Below are positions 10,954 through 21,542 of a DNA stretch of 64,000 bases, piece after piece; within the stretch, counting starts at the first letter, position 1; the number at the start of each line of letters is the position of its first letter. The stretch is from Balanoglossus misakiensis. Taxonomy: Eukaryota; Animalia; Hemichordata. The position numbers were made by a program, and so were the translations under genes. Location: positions 4,387,319-4,451,318 of the forward strand of contig CM082594.2 of the NCBI GenBank assembly GCA_040954595.2, given 5' to 3'. The notes beneath the pieces were generated by a model. The model was not told where the DNA came from. It saw only the letters and a program-made list of their open reading frames with translations, and ran no database searches.

Positions 10954-13900
10954 TCAACGGTTTTTGCATGGTGTTATACGCCTTTTATTTGTCTTTACTT
11001 CATATTCTCTGTCTCCATCATGAGATGTGCATCTGATAGGTCTTTCAGAATTTCCACAAGATAAGTCATAGCTATGATCAGCTGAGTTTCTCTTTCTTTT
11101 AGTCCTATCAATATCTTTCCTATATGGATGTAGTGGCTTTATGAGCTTTACCCTAGTTTGAACTTCAAATGTGGAAAAAGCTTCATTGTGAGCCTTTTCC
11201 AACAAACTCTTTAATGAAGGGGTATCCACAAAATTCTCACTCAAACTCCAATTAAACAAATCCCTGATCATATCTGTTGAAGTCAGCTGGGCCTTGACAT
11301 CACTACATATTGGTGGTTGCACTTGTTGACACAGATCGTCTGCTGCAGGTGCAACAAGTTCTGGCTCAGTGTCCTTGTTTCTATAGGCCCATGCTAGCAT
11401 ACACAAACACTTTTCACTGTAACTACTGGCAATACAGGAACAAGACATATGCTTAAGATCAATAACATTTAAATTGCCATTGTCATACACTGTAAATTGA
11501 TCAGCCTCACACTTAAATGAGCCCGTTTGAATTATATTTTTCCCAATTTTGTCCCGCACGTTCAATATTTCAAAGCCAACATTTGATGAATGTAATTTAA
11601 CAAACAACAGATGTTTACACAATTCTCCCTTTGAAAATGCCAGACATTCACATGTATACCTAATAAGGTCAACCTTATAGTGAAGGGATGCTGTCCTTTC
11701 AGATGGCACATCCCAAATACCATCTGTATCTGTCATCTTCACACGCTTGTCATACCCTAATAGAAGCATTCTTTGTACACCCTCCTCGCTGCTTTTCTTC
11801 TTTATGGATAGTCTGCCAGCCAGATGCAACCCCTCAAGGTAACTAAAAGGTAAAACAAAGATTTTTACATACATTTACGAACATTTGGTCACACTCTCTT
11901 GGTGTTACATTTACATGATGTCAGTCAGCAAATTTCAGCAAAGTGGTTTCATATAAAATAAATGGCACTACCTGGAACATGGGGGAAATTTGGAATTGTG
12001 TGAAAAAAATGAATAAATATTGATAAAATTATCAAATCGAGAAGAATACTAAGAAACAAATAGATGTAGCTTCACATGTGAGGGTCTGTGCATAGACAAA
12101 TAGAGGGGGAAGACTCTACTGTCTATGGTCTGTGGTAATACACAACATTTTTGCTTACCTATAGTAGATTTCAACTTTTGTAGAAAGCAAGTTCAAGAGG
12201 TCATCAATTCTCCTATTTGCAATTCCCTTCAAAAACTGATACTTCATAGAATGGAAAAATCTGTAAAACAATGCCACAATTTAAATATCAATTCCATTTC
12301 TTCAAGCACATATATAATTATATCAAGTTCATGAAAACACTAGGTTAGTTTTGATCGAACTTTCAACATTGGACTTGATGTGATAAAAAAAACACATCCC
12401 GATCTCTCCTTTAGAATATTCTCTCAAAGATCTTCCAGAGAATGTTATGCTAGTGAGTAGTTCATAAATATACGCACTTCTGCAGCTAACTCATGAATAT
12501 TCAAGGTAGATTCTCTGCATTTAGCATTCCCAGTGTATACATATGTAAAAGCAGCGCATGATCATGTCAGAGATATATCTACATGGCTAATCAATTAAAA
12601 ATCACAATTGACGGCCCTCTACTTTTTCCAAGAAGACTGAAATCATTCTTAACCTTTCTGCAATATTGTTGGTGTCTTGGCCTGCATGATAAATCCTCCG
12701 ACCAAATTTGCTCCACATATGAGCCACAGAAATCCACTGATCTGTTAAGTACTTTGAGACATGCTGACTCCCAATTTCTTTATCAATTGCACCAATAACA
12801 GCAAATGATGTCTTCTCAAAGTCTTCTTTCTGCAGAAAAAAAAGTGATATGGGTTTCTTAATAAGTAAATGTGAAACAAGCACCCTAGTGGCCAATCTTA
12901 TTAGAACAGAAAAAGGGAGAACAGTGTCAGTTATAAATGAAAAAAATATGGAAAGTTTTGCTCCAAAATTTAGGCGAAAAAAATATGGCGGTCAAGTAAT
13001 TCTTGAGCAGGTTTTAGAGAAGAAAATTGCTGACGGACAGAAGGATGACAAGAGCCAATCAGCCCATATGATAACGTCCACGTCGCTGACAGCTGAGTGA
13101 AAAAATAGACAACTTTACTCATCCGATTGGAAAGCTACCGGTATTTGTACTTACCGTAGTACATTCTTTCATTTTATACAAAGCATCAATGACGGTGTTC
13201 CTTTTCTCAAGATTTGACTGGCCTGACAAACCACCTCCTGAAGTCTTCGTTAACCAACGATGAACTGCCTTTATTAATATAAAATTATATGGTAAAATAT
13301 TAACAAATACCGTCAATGACAGTGTTGCTCATAATACCATCTTGATCAGGGGAAAAAAAAGATATTAACTCGATGAGTATTTTAAAACTTGCAGACTGAA
13401 TAATTACATGAAAAAAACTTGAACATTGGTGTATGTTATCTGTTCATTTAATAAGTAACGTACTACGGAACTTTTATCTCTAAAACAACTTTAAGTTGTA
13501 GTGTCATTTTAGAGTCATATGCAGATCAGAGTGTATTAAATTCTGCTTGAACAAGTTGGCTAAACATTTCATAAATCTTGCAGTTGTCAGCATATTAAGA
13601 CTGATAGCTGAAATCCATTGAGACCAAAAGTATCAGTGAGACAGTGACCAGAGAATTAAATCTAATGACCTACTGCAATACATGGAACCAGCACAGTAGA
13701 ATATCTGACTGTGGAAATACACTCTGTAGAGCTGCTATTTCTGTTGGGTCTTTATCAACCATAATCACTCTTTAAGAAATTAGAATTGTAATTGTTAATG
13801 CAACAAAACCCTTACCTTTTGGCATTTCTGTCACAGGGGTACTTGGATAGAACAGATATAAATTTGCTGAAATTGCATGTGTGTTCATTTGAATACAAGA

Positions 13901-15117
13901 GATCATAATATCAAAAAGCACAAATACTTTGGAAGGTGCCATCACATAAACCTTACATGACTTCATAACATGGAAAAAGTAGCCTTTGGGTAAAAAAAAC
14001 ACTGTGTTATATGCAGCATAATTGTAATAGCTAACAAAGGAAGTGAAGAACATATCCTGTAATACAGCTAACAAAACCCTGAGTATTGTGAAAATAAGAA
14101 CAAATCAGCAACATTAGTTAATCACTGACTTTATAACAGCTTCAAAAGTACCATATCTGAATGATTTATTTAGCAGTAAAGAATATACCAATGAATTTAC
14201 CTTGGACTGATTGTTGTAGCCTCATACAATTTAGTGAAACATCGCTCCAGAACTGCTTTGTCTTCTCTGCTGATGATGATGAATGCAATAGGCACACCAT
14301 GCCCAACACCATTCTTGACAATTACAGCATAGAATGCATAACCATACGCTGTTATTCCTCTGTATGTAGCATCTATAAATACCATACTTTTTCCGAATTT
14401 CAGATATTGGTCTTTCTGAAAGGGACTCATGTAAACTATTTCTAATGGTTGGTTGGCAACTTTGGAGAATGGTTGATAGTGGATGATGTTTGCCTGTAGA
14501 TCACTTTTCAATAGTTTATCTACGCTGATGGCATCATTTCGATCAAACCTGGTTTCAGCCAAGGCCTTGTTTCGTAGATATTTTACATCTGCTGGTGTGG
14601 GGTAGTACTGGCGGTTTTTCATGTCAAGCTCCCCTCTGTTTTGTGCCCACTGAGAGCACTTAACAATAATTTCACTGGTCTGCAAATTTTGTAAGGTCCA
14701 GAGCCTTATTAGTTCAGTCAGCTCAGGTGATATTTTGCTCACGCGATAGTCATCACTGTTAGACAGATCGTGTCCCACATGGTGACTTCGTAATCTAACA
14801 ACACACACCTGATGGGTACCCACTTTGGTGAAACAAAAAGACGCGTATGAGTTGCAGCCATTAGCACGGGTCAGATTTGGAGCTCCAGAGGATTTACCCT
14901 TTGCTTTCCCTCCTCTTTCACACCTAAAATGATAGTTCCCATCTGTTTGCTTCCGCAAACTTGTGTATACCCCAAGACCTCTCTCAGAAAGGGAGGCAAG
15001 ATGTGCGTTAACAAATTGTTCCTCTGATCCACTCTCTACAACATGAAGTGAACGCTGAACTCCAGTTGGCTCCTTGCGTAACTTTGATTCCACAATGGAC
15101 AGTACTGAAGAATTCAT
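10954..15117 (-). CDS. MULE/Mutator DDE transposase with N-terminal Zn-binding (WRKY/FAR1-like) domain and C-terminal SWIM fingers, about 764 aa; one apparent splice-donor lesion
   Basis: Exons 15117-14201, 13769-13673, 13268-13155, 12829-12654, 12260-12159, 11842-10954. Motifs: FRCERGG..GC..HHVGH, VFIDATY (D1), GHGVPIAFII, VIMVDKD (D2), VFP...LLCWFH (CxxH), TNNIAER (E), SWIM CECLAFSKGELCKH. Confidence 0.92.
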
Positions 15118-15176
15118 CCTGTAAAATATTAAATAATGGAAAAATAGGCATTGCTGAGTAAGTGTATGAAACAAAT

Positions 15177-16304
15177 GTCTGCCCTCAGATGCTATGCAAT
15201 GACATGTATAAACATATGAAATGAATGTCTGCCCTGAGGGCAGCTAAGATATAGTGTTGCCCTCAGGGCAGATGCTATGCAATGACATGTATAAACATAT
15301 GAAATGAATGTCTGCCCTGAGGGCAGCTCAGATATAGTGTTGCCCTCAGGGCAGATGCTATGCAATGACATGTATAAACATATGAAATGTATGTCTGCCC
15401 TGAGGGCAGCTCAGATATAGTGTTGCCCTCAGGGCAGATGCTATGCAATGACATGTATAAACATATGAAATGAATGTCTGCCCTGAGGGCAGCTCAGATA
15501 TAGTGTTGCCCTCAGGGCAGATGCTATGCAATGACATGTATAAACATATGAAATGAATGTCTGCCCTGAGGGCAGCTAAGATATAGTGTTGCCCTCAGGG
15601 CAGATACTATGCAATGACATGTATAAACATATGAAATGAATGTCTGCCCTGAGGGCAGCTAAGACATAGTGTTGCCCTCAGGGCAGATGCTATGCAATGA
15701 CATGTATAAACATATGAAATGTATGTCTGCCCTGAGGGCAGCTCAGATATAGTGTTGCCCTCAGGGCAGATGCTATGCAATGACATGTATAAACATATGA
15801 AATGAATGCCTGCCCTGAGGGCAGCTCAGATATAGTGTTGCCCTCAGGGCAGATGCTATGCAATGACATGTATAAACATATGAAATGTATGTCTGCCCTG
15901 AGGGCAGCTCAGATATAGTGTTGCCCTCAGGGCAGATGCTATGCAATGACATGTATAAACATATGAAATGTATGTCTGCCCTGAGGGCAGCTCAGATATA
16001 GTGTTGCCCTCAGGGCAGATACTATGCAATGACATGTACAAACATATGAAATGTATGTCTGCCCTGAGGGCAGCTCAGATATAGTGTTGCCCTCAGGGCA
16101 GATACTATGCAATGACATGTACGTACATATGAAATGAATGTCTGCCCTGAGGGCAGCTCAGATGCTATGCAATGACATGTACAAACATATGAAATGTATG
16201 TCTGCCCTGAGGGCAGCTCAGATATAGTGTTGCCCTCAGGGCAGATGCTATGCAATGACATGTATAAACATATGAAATGAATGTCTGAGTTGCCCTCAGG
16301 GCAG
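15177..16304. repeat. 83-bp tandem array (~13.5 units) with 26 palindromic TGCCCT(G/C)AGGGCA sites, in the predicted transposase intron 1
   Basis: Unit GTCTGCCCTGAGGGCAGCTCAGATATAGTGTTGCCCTCAGGGCAGATGCTATGCAATGACATGTATAAACATATGAAATG(A/T)AT starts every 83 bp from 15227 to 16140. A 60-bp unit at 16140 is followed by a full unit at 16200. Confidence 0.97.
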
Positions 16305-16692
16305 ATTACTAGTATTTCCCGCCTGCCAAATATGCTAATTTTTACCCCAGAGGTCTCATATTCAAAACCAAATAGCCTAGCTTGCCGTTTATAAGTTATA
16401 ACCTCTTAATATTGCTACGATCAGAGCAGATTGATAGATATACACATGGAGGTATTATCGGATATTCACTATGCAACGAATTTCTAAAGAAGTTGTAATT
16501 TTTCTGTCATGTTTAATATATATGTCTCGTGCATGCATCATGAGGGCCTGGTCAGCTGCGAACCATTAGATATTACTAACAAAATAACATCGTTTGCAAA
16601 TTTAATTGCCCATGCAACTCTGCTAATGTAGTCAGTACGAACGTGTTGATATATTATGTATTTTCAACATATCTTTCGGGAATTTAACTTAC

Positions 16693-16904
16693 CTTCAACA
16701 ACGGTAGGATCCCACACGAGGTGTAATCTGCAGCATGCAGGACACTGGCAGCCAGGACTTGGCACTCGCCGCATGGGTTCTTACGCGGGACTATTTTTTG
16801 TGACGTCATTGAATGTTGTGTACCCATTTGCTGCTGCCCTGAGGGCAGCGCTGCCCTCAGGTCATTTTCCAGTTGCAACTTCTACCGTCTGCCGCTGAAC
16901 CCTG
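16693..16904 (-). promoter_or_regulatory. Putative transposase promoter and non-coding first exon with AP-2-type sites, near the element end
   Basis: Strong donor AAG|gtaagt at 16693/16692 on the - strand pairs with acceptor ttttacag|G ATG at 15118. Perfect TGCCCTGAGGGCA at 16835-16847, imperfect TGCCCTCAGGTCA at 16852-16864, and CRE-like TGACGTCA at 16801-16808. Confidence 0.5.
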
Positions 16905-17125
16905 CGCCCTCAAGCGGTCGGGACAACTAAGTCATATAAATGGCCATAGAGCTAGAGAGTCAAAAGAAGTCAAAATGATAGCAGGCTAGAGGGTCGCATT
17001 AGGTCAAAGTTTACAACTGGTAACATGTGAGAGGACCGAAGAATCGCCGATCTGATGGCCATGGACGTGTGACGTTTGTAGGAGTCCAATTCCAATTTAT
17101 TTTATCTGTAGCAGAGATAAAGAAA

Positions 17126-20100
17126 ATGGATTTGACTTTCCTTGGCACAGCATCGTGTTTTCCGATGCCAAGTCGTGGGGTGTCGTGCATTGTATTGCGT
17201 CAAGGTGGGTGTGTGACTCGACCAGGCTGCGTCGCCAGTGTCATGTCGTCTACTTTTAGTCTCTTTGCATCATGGAGTTACCACTGTGATATTCTGGCTT
17301 TTAACTGGACATTATTAAGACAAAGTAGGACAGAGGTTATAATATAAGATAATACGCATGTGTTTGCACTAAAATTATTGCTTTGTTTTCAACACTATTT
17401 TTGTTTTTAGAAGGAGAATGTTGGATGTTTGATTGCGGAGAGGGCAGTCAGATTCAAATACACCAGTGTAACATACGGCCAAGCAAGATCACCAAAATCT
17501 TCATAACTCATCTCCATGGGGACCACGTAAGCATAATTTTTCTCATATCAACAGTATTTTTGAAATGTGACAAGAAGTAAATTCTGTTGTTCAGAATCAT
17601 TACTACTGGTAATGCAGAAATTCTCCATGTCTGATAAAAGTAATATTATCACATGTAAATATGGGAATTGATTTTTAAAAATCATGATTGTTACAGAGCA
17701 CAGTGTGAGCAAAATTGTTTTCTTTAAAACCCACAGTTGTTTGGTTTACCTGGACTGATGTGCACAGTTGGACAGACTTGCAGCGAGAGAGATTCGGCGT
17801 TGGAGCTTTATGGTCCCGTGGGACTCCGGAAGTACGTACGCGTGTGCCTGGAGCTGTCGCGTTCCATGCTCGGCTTCGACTACGTGGTCCATGAATTGTC
17901 TGTCCCCGAGGAGGAGTTGCCTGTTGAATGGGAGGTGAGTACCATAACTGTTTCAAATTTTATATATTGTTTGTAGTGTGGAAGGACAATTGTTCTGGCA
18001 TCCGGAAGAATATCCTTGAGTTGCATTTCTGGTGTTGGAATAAATTGTGCAGGAGTATAAAGGTCCCTGATGTTGTTTTACCGTACTCCACAAATTTCTC
18101 ACACCACCACACACTACTCCTTTGGATTTGATGGCACACTGAAATTAACTCATGGACCCCCCCCCCCCCCCCAAATCAATCGTCCATGCATTTCAACTAA
18201 CACTAAATTTGATGGGTTTGATCCTTAAAGGCTCCTATTTCTTGACATGGGCGTTTCTGTAGATATAAACAATAGACCAAATTGTCTGTGCACAGAACTG
18301 CTTATTGAGGAACAAAGGGGACAGCTGTGCATAACATATGCCCCTTTAGTACAGAGGATATTATGACAACCTATGGTTCAACATTTGTCGTTGGGTTGGG
18401 CTACGCTACTCACTGTGTGGTAAACCAGGCTAAGTAATTAACTGAGATACTGACAGTACATACTGTTTCATCTGTTTGAGAGACGTGGCACCCCGATCAT
18501 GCAGCTGCAGGACCTGCGCATCTGAACGAGAAGGAAGGAAGATTGATTGAGCCTGATGAAAATGGAGTCTGGCACTGGTAAGTGTACTACCACGTCACCA
18601 CAGTCACTTGATTGCTTCCCTGTCACTGTCTCATACAGAGTATGGTGTTTTACCAATTTCAAAAATACGCATCTGATTCATCTGGGTTATTTTCAATTTA
18701 TTTCCCAGCTGTGAAACCACTCAAATGAAGGTGATGGCGGCCCCACTAACACACAGAGTGCCGTCGTTCGGGTTTGTTATCCACGAAAAAGCACAGCCGG
18801 GCAAGTAAGTACATACTAGAACCGAACGAATAATATTGTAAGTTATAATAATATTTTTTTTTATTTAGTTATAGTGACAGTGATGTTCTTTCTTTCTTTT
18901 GTGACTCACCAAATTTCCTTTCTTCACAGACTAGACCCTCAAAAACTCAAAGATAAAGGTGTCCCGCCTGGACCACTGTATGCACGAATAAAAAATGGCG
19001 AAGCTATCGTTACAGATAGTGGCGTTACGATACGACCAGAAGATGTACTTGGCCCAGAAAGACCAGGCAGAAAAATAGGTAAGTCTTCAGATATTATATG
19101 CCCATTATTTGCATTGTGTGCATTATTAGATAGCCTGAGGGGATATTTTTCAAAATTTGACAAAAATGTTTAAAAATGTGTTTCTGTTTTATACAGCAAT
19201 GGCATAAATGTGAATATTAGCATTCTTGCTGCTTTCTGTCTAGCCAATATTTTTGATTTGTCCATTTTGTTTTGTCTTTTCCATTGTTAGTCATACTGGG
19301 AGACACCTCATGTAGTTCCAAGATGGCTGCCATCTCCATGGACGCAGATGTGGTGGTTCATGAAGCTACGTTAGAAAATGAGCTGCGGGAAAAATGCATT
19401 GAAAATGGGCACTCAACACCAGGTGGGTAGAGTATGTAATGAATGTATGCGTTTGTCCCCCCCTGGTTGCAGTGGCTTTGTGTTTGGCCCAGTTTTCTTT
19501 CACTGAAAAGACTGTATAGACCTAGAAATTTGCAGTTGTCTGTATTGGTATCATACCACTGTACAGTGATGTCATCAGGTCACTGGGGTGTCACTCCACG
19601 AAAGATATCCCCCAGTCATGTATGGGAAACAGAACTGCAGTTTTGATGATGGTGGTGGTGGTGATGACGGTGGTGGTTGTGGTAGTGGTGATGGTGGTGG
19701 TTTCAAAGTCTTTCCATGTAAAATCAGCCTCTAAAGTATGCTTGCAGTCATTTGCATAATCAACTGAATTCGAGCGACGTCAAAGACTAGTGCTTCATTC
19801 GTCTAACACCAAGTCCTCGTATAAATTTGTCCCCCTGCGCAGCGATGGCCGCGGAATTTGCCAATGACATAAATGCCAAGAAGTTAATTCTGACACATTT
19901 CAGTCAGCGCTACAGACCAGCATCACACATATTGAAGGTAAGAATTATTTTCTGTCAATGATTCTTGTTACATATTTGAAACATGGTACATGTATTGTCA
20001 GACATTTACTTTAGAAGATATTCTATCGATCATTCTTTACTGCATAAAGTGAAAATTTTGTCAGGAATTCTTTTTCTGACCAAAAAATTGGCTTCAGTAC

Positions 20101-20407
20101 ATTTGATGACTTTGACATGTCTGTTATACATGATTTGTCACTTGTGTGGTATCTCGTATCTATTTTTTTCAAGGAAAAACCCACAAGCAAATAATAAAAC
20201 CCACATACAGCTGTTAACTGCTCCGATCTTCCACTTATTATTAGAAGCTTCTCAGAGTTGATGAACTTTCTATTCCAAACGTTTCCAATCTAGGAAGGTG
20301 AGGAATCGGTGACAAAACTTTTGGACCAAGCGAGGGCAGTATTCGCCAACGAAGATGTCATGGCTGCCGAAGACTTGATGCAGGTGCCAATACCGATGAA
20401 GAAATAG
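17126..20407 (+). CDS. ELAC1: Zinc phosphodiesterase ELAC1 / short-form RNase Z, 357 aa, 9 exons
   Basis: Exons 17126-17204, 17411-17526, 17737-17934, 18483-18577, 18709-18804, 18930-19078, 19291-19422, 19843-19937, 20294-20407. Motifs: [52 protein letters not shown] exosite, [23 protein letters not shown]. Confidence 0.96.
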
Positions 20408-21380
20408 AGGAAGACGTTACTTTTACAAGTCCGAGCTGAAAACATTGCAGACACGAGAGATTGTTGCAGGACTGTACTGTAACCACCCCAGCAGTGGACA
20501 GTGGTTGCCAATGGCAAGGGAGTGGATTTGTCTAGTGTGACGTTGGTGGCGCTCTTCAGAGGTTACTGCTTGTAAATCTTTGAAATGTTAAATGTTAAAT
20601 ATTGTATTTTTCCACTAAGACTTCTTTCTCTAACAAATGAAATGTTTTAACCATATACCCGTGAGACTAGTAAATTATATAAATGCCTTTCTATAAATTA
20701 TGTACTTGCAGTATATTTTGTGTGTCTGTCTCTGGAATTATTACTGTCTGTGGATCTATGTCTCTCTATCTAGCTGTCTGTCTGTCTGTCTGTCTATCCG
20801 CCCATCCGTCAGCCCCATGAGCCCGTCCATCTACCCGTCGAACCACCCACCCACCCACCCACTAAACCAACCACTCATCCACCGACCAACCTGTATGTCT
20901 GTCAATCTAACAATGCTCAGTGGCACTCAGGGTTAAGGATAAATGAAAATGTTCTCTGAAAGTCGCGAGATTTTAAGCATCTTTTAAAAATCTGGAGAGG
21001 TTGAATGTTTACGAGAGGGTATATAGAGAGCTCCAAATGACAGGAGTGCTGCATATAGCGTACATGACCGGGTGTAATATTGCGCCAATCTTAAACTCGT
21101 CCATTAAATAATTAATTTTGTCGTGGTACCAAGTTCGTTCAAGAATGGAAACCAGTCAAATGTGATGTTAAATTTTATTGGTTACTCCAAGGCTCGTGGC
21201 CCCGTGGTCCTATGAGTTCAGCAGCGAACGTGTGACATTTTCAGAAGAATTCCCGTTGTCGTATACATTCTTTCCTTCACTCGATCGTGTTGAATTATAT
21301 ATCTAATAGTGTGTAATTAGTAACGAAAACTGAGTTTTACCCTGTATGTATAGGTATTGGCTCATACAGCTGAAAGTGGT

Positions 21381-21542
21381 CATTGTTTAAATATTGGCAT
21401 ATTGTCGAAAAGGCTTGTTATGGAACTTCGAATTTCTTCAAGTATTTAGAGCGTAAAACGGCCATTGTTTAAACATTTGGCATATTGTTGGAAAGGCTTG
21501 TTATGGAACTTCGAATTTCTTCAAGTATTTAGAGCGTGAAAC
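21381..21542. repeat. Two-copy ~82-bp direct repeat overlapping the glycosyltransferase stop codon
   Basis: CATTGTTTAAA..TTGGCATATTGT..AAAGGCTTGTTATGGAACTTCGAATTTCTTCAAGTATTTAGAGCGT occurs at 21381 and 21463. Confidence 0.9.

Larger units (their letters stand above)
1040..16930. mobile_element. Mutator-like (MULE) DNA transposon with two convergent genes; left end missing
   Basis: Contains a MULE DDE transposase (-) and a convergent Ulp1-protease cargo gene (+), a MuDR-like layout. The right boundary is inferred at about 16904-16930, between the transposase 5' exon and ELAC1. No matching left TIR or TSD was seen, so both boundaries are approximate. Confidence 0.75.

Noticed and set aside
15856-16261. 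ORFs 15856-16041 and 16022-16261
   Set aside because: They are translations of the 83-bp tandem repeat.
15177-16304. Regularly spaced palindromic repeats resembling a CRISPR array
   Set aside because: The sequences between palindromes are identical rather than unique spacers, there are no cas genes, and the context is spliceosomal eukaryotic DNA.
16693-16774. Cys-rich short frame MRRVPSPGCQCPACC... as a coding first exon of the transposase or ALDH6A1
   Set aside because: Spliced to 15118 it is out of frame and stops at once, and it has no ALDH6A1 similarity; at most a uORF.
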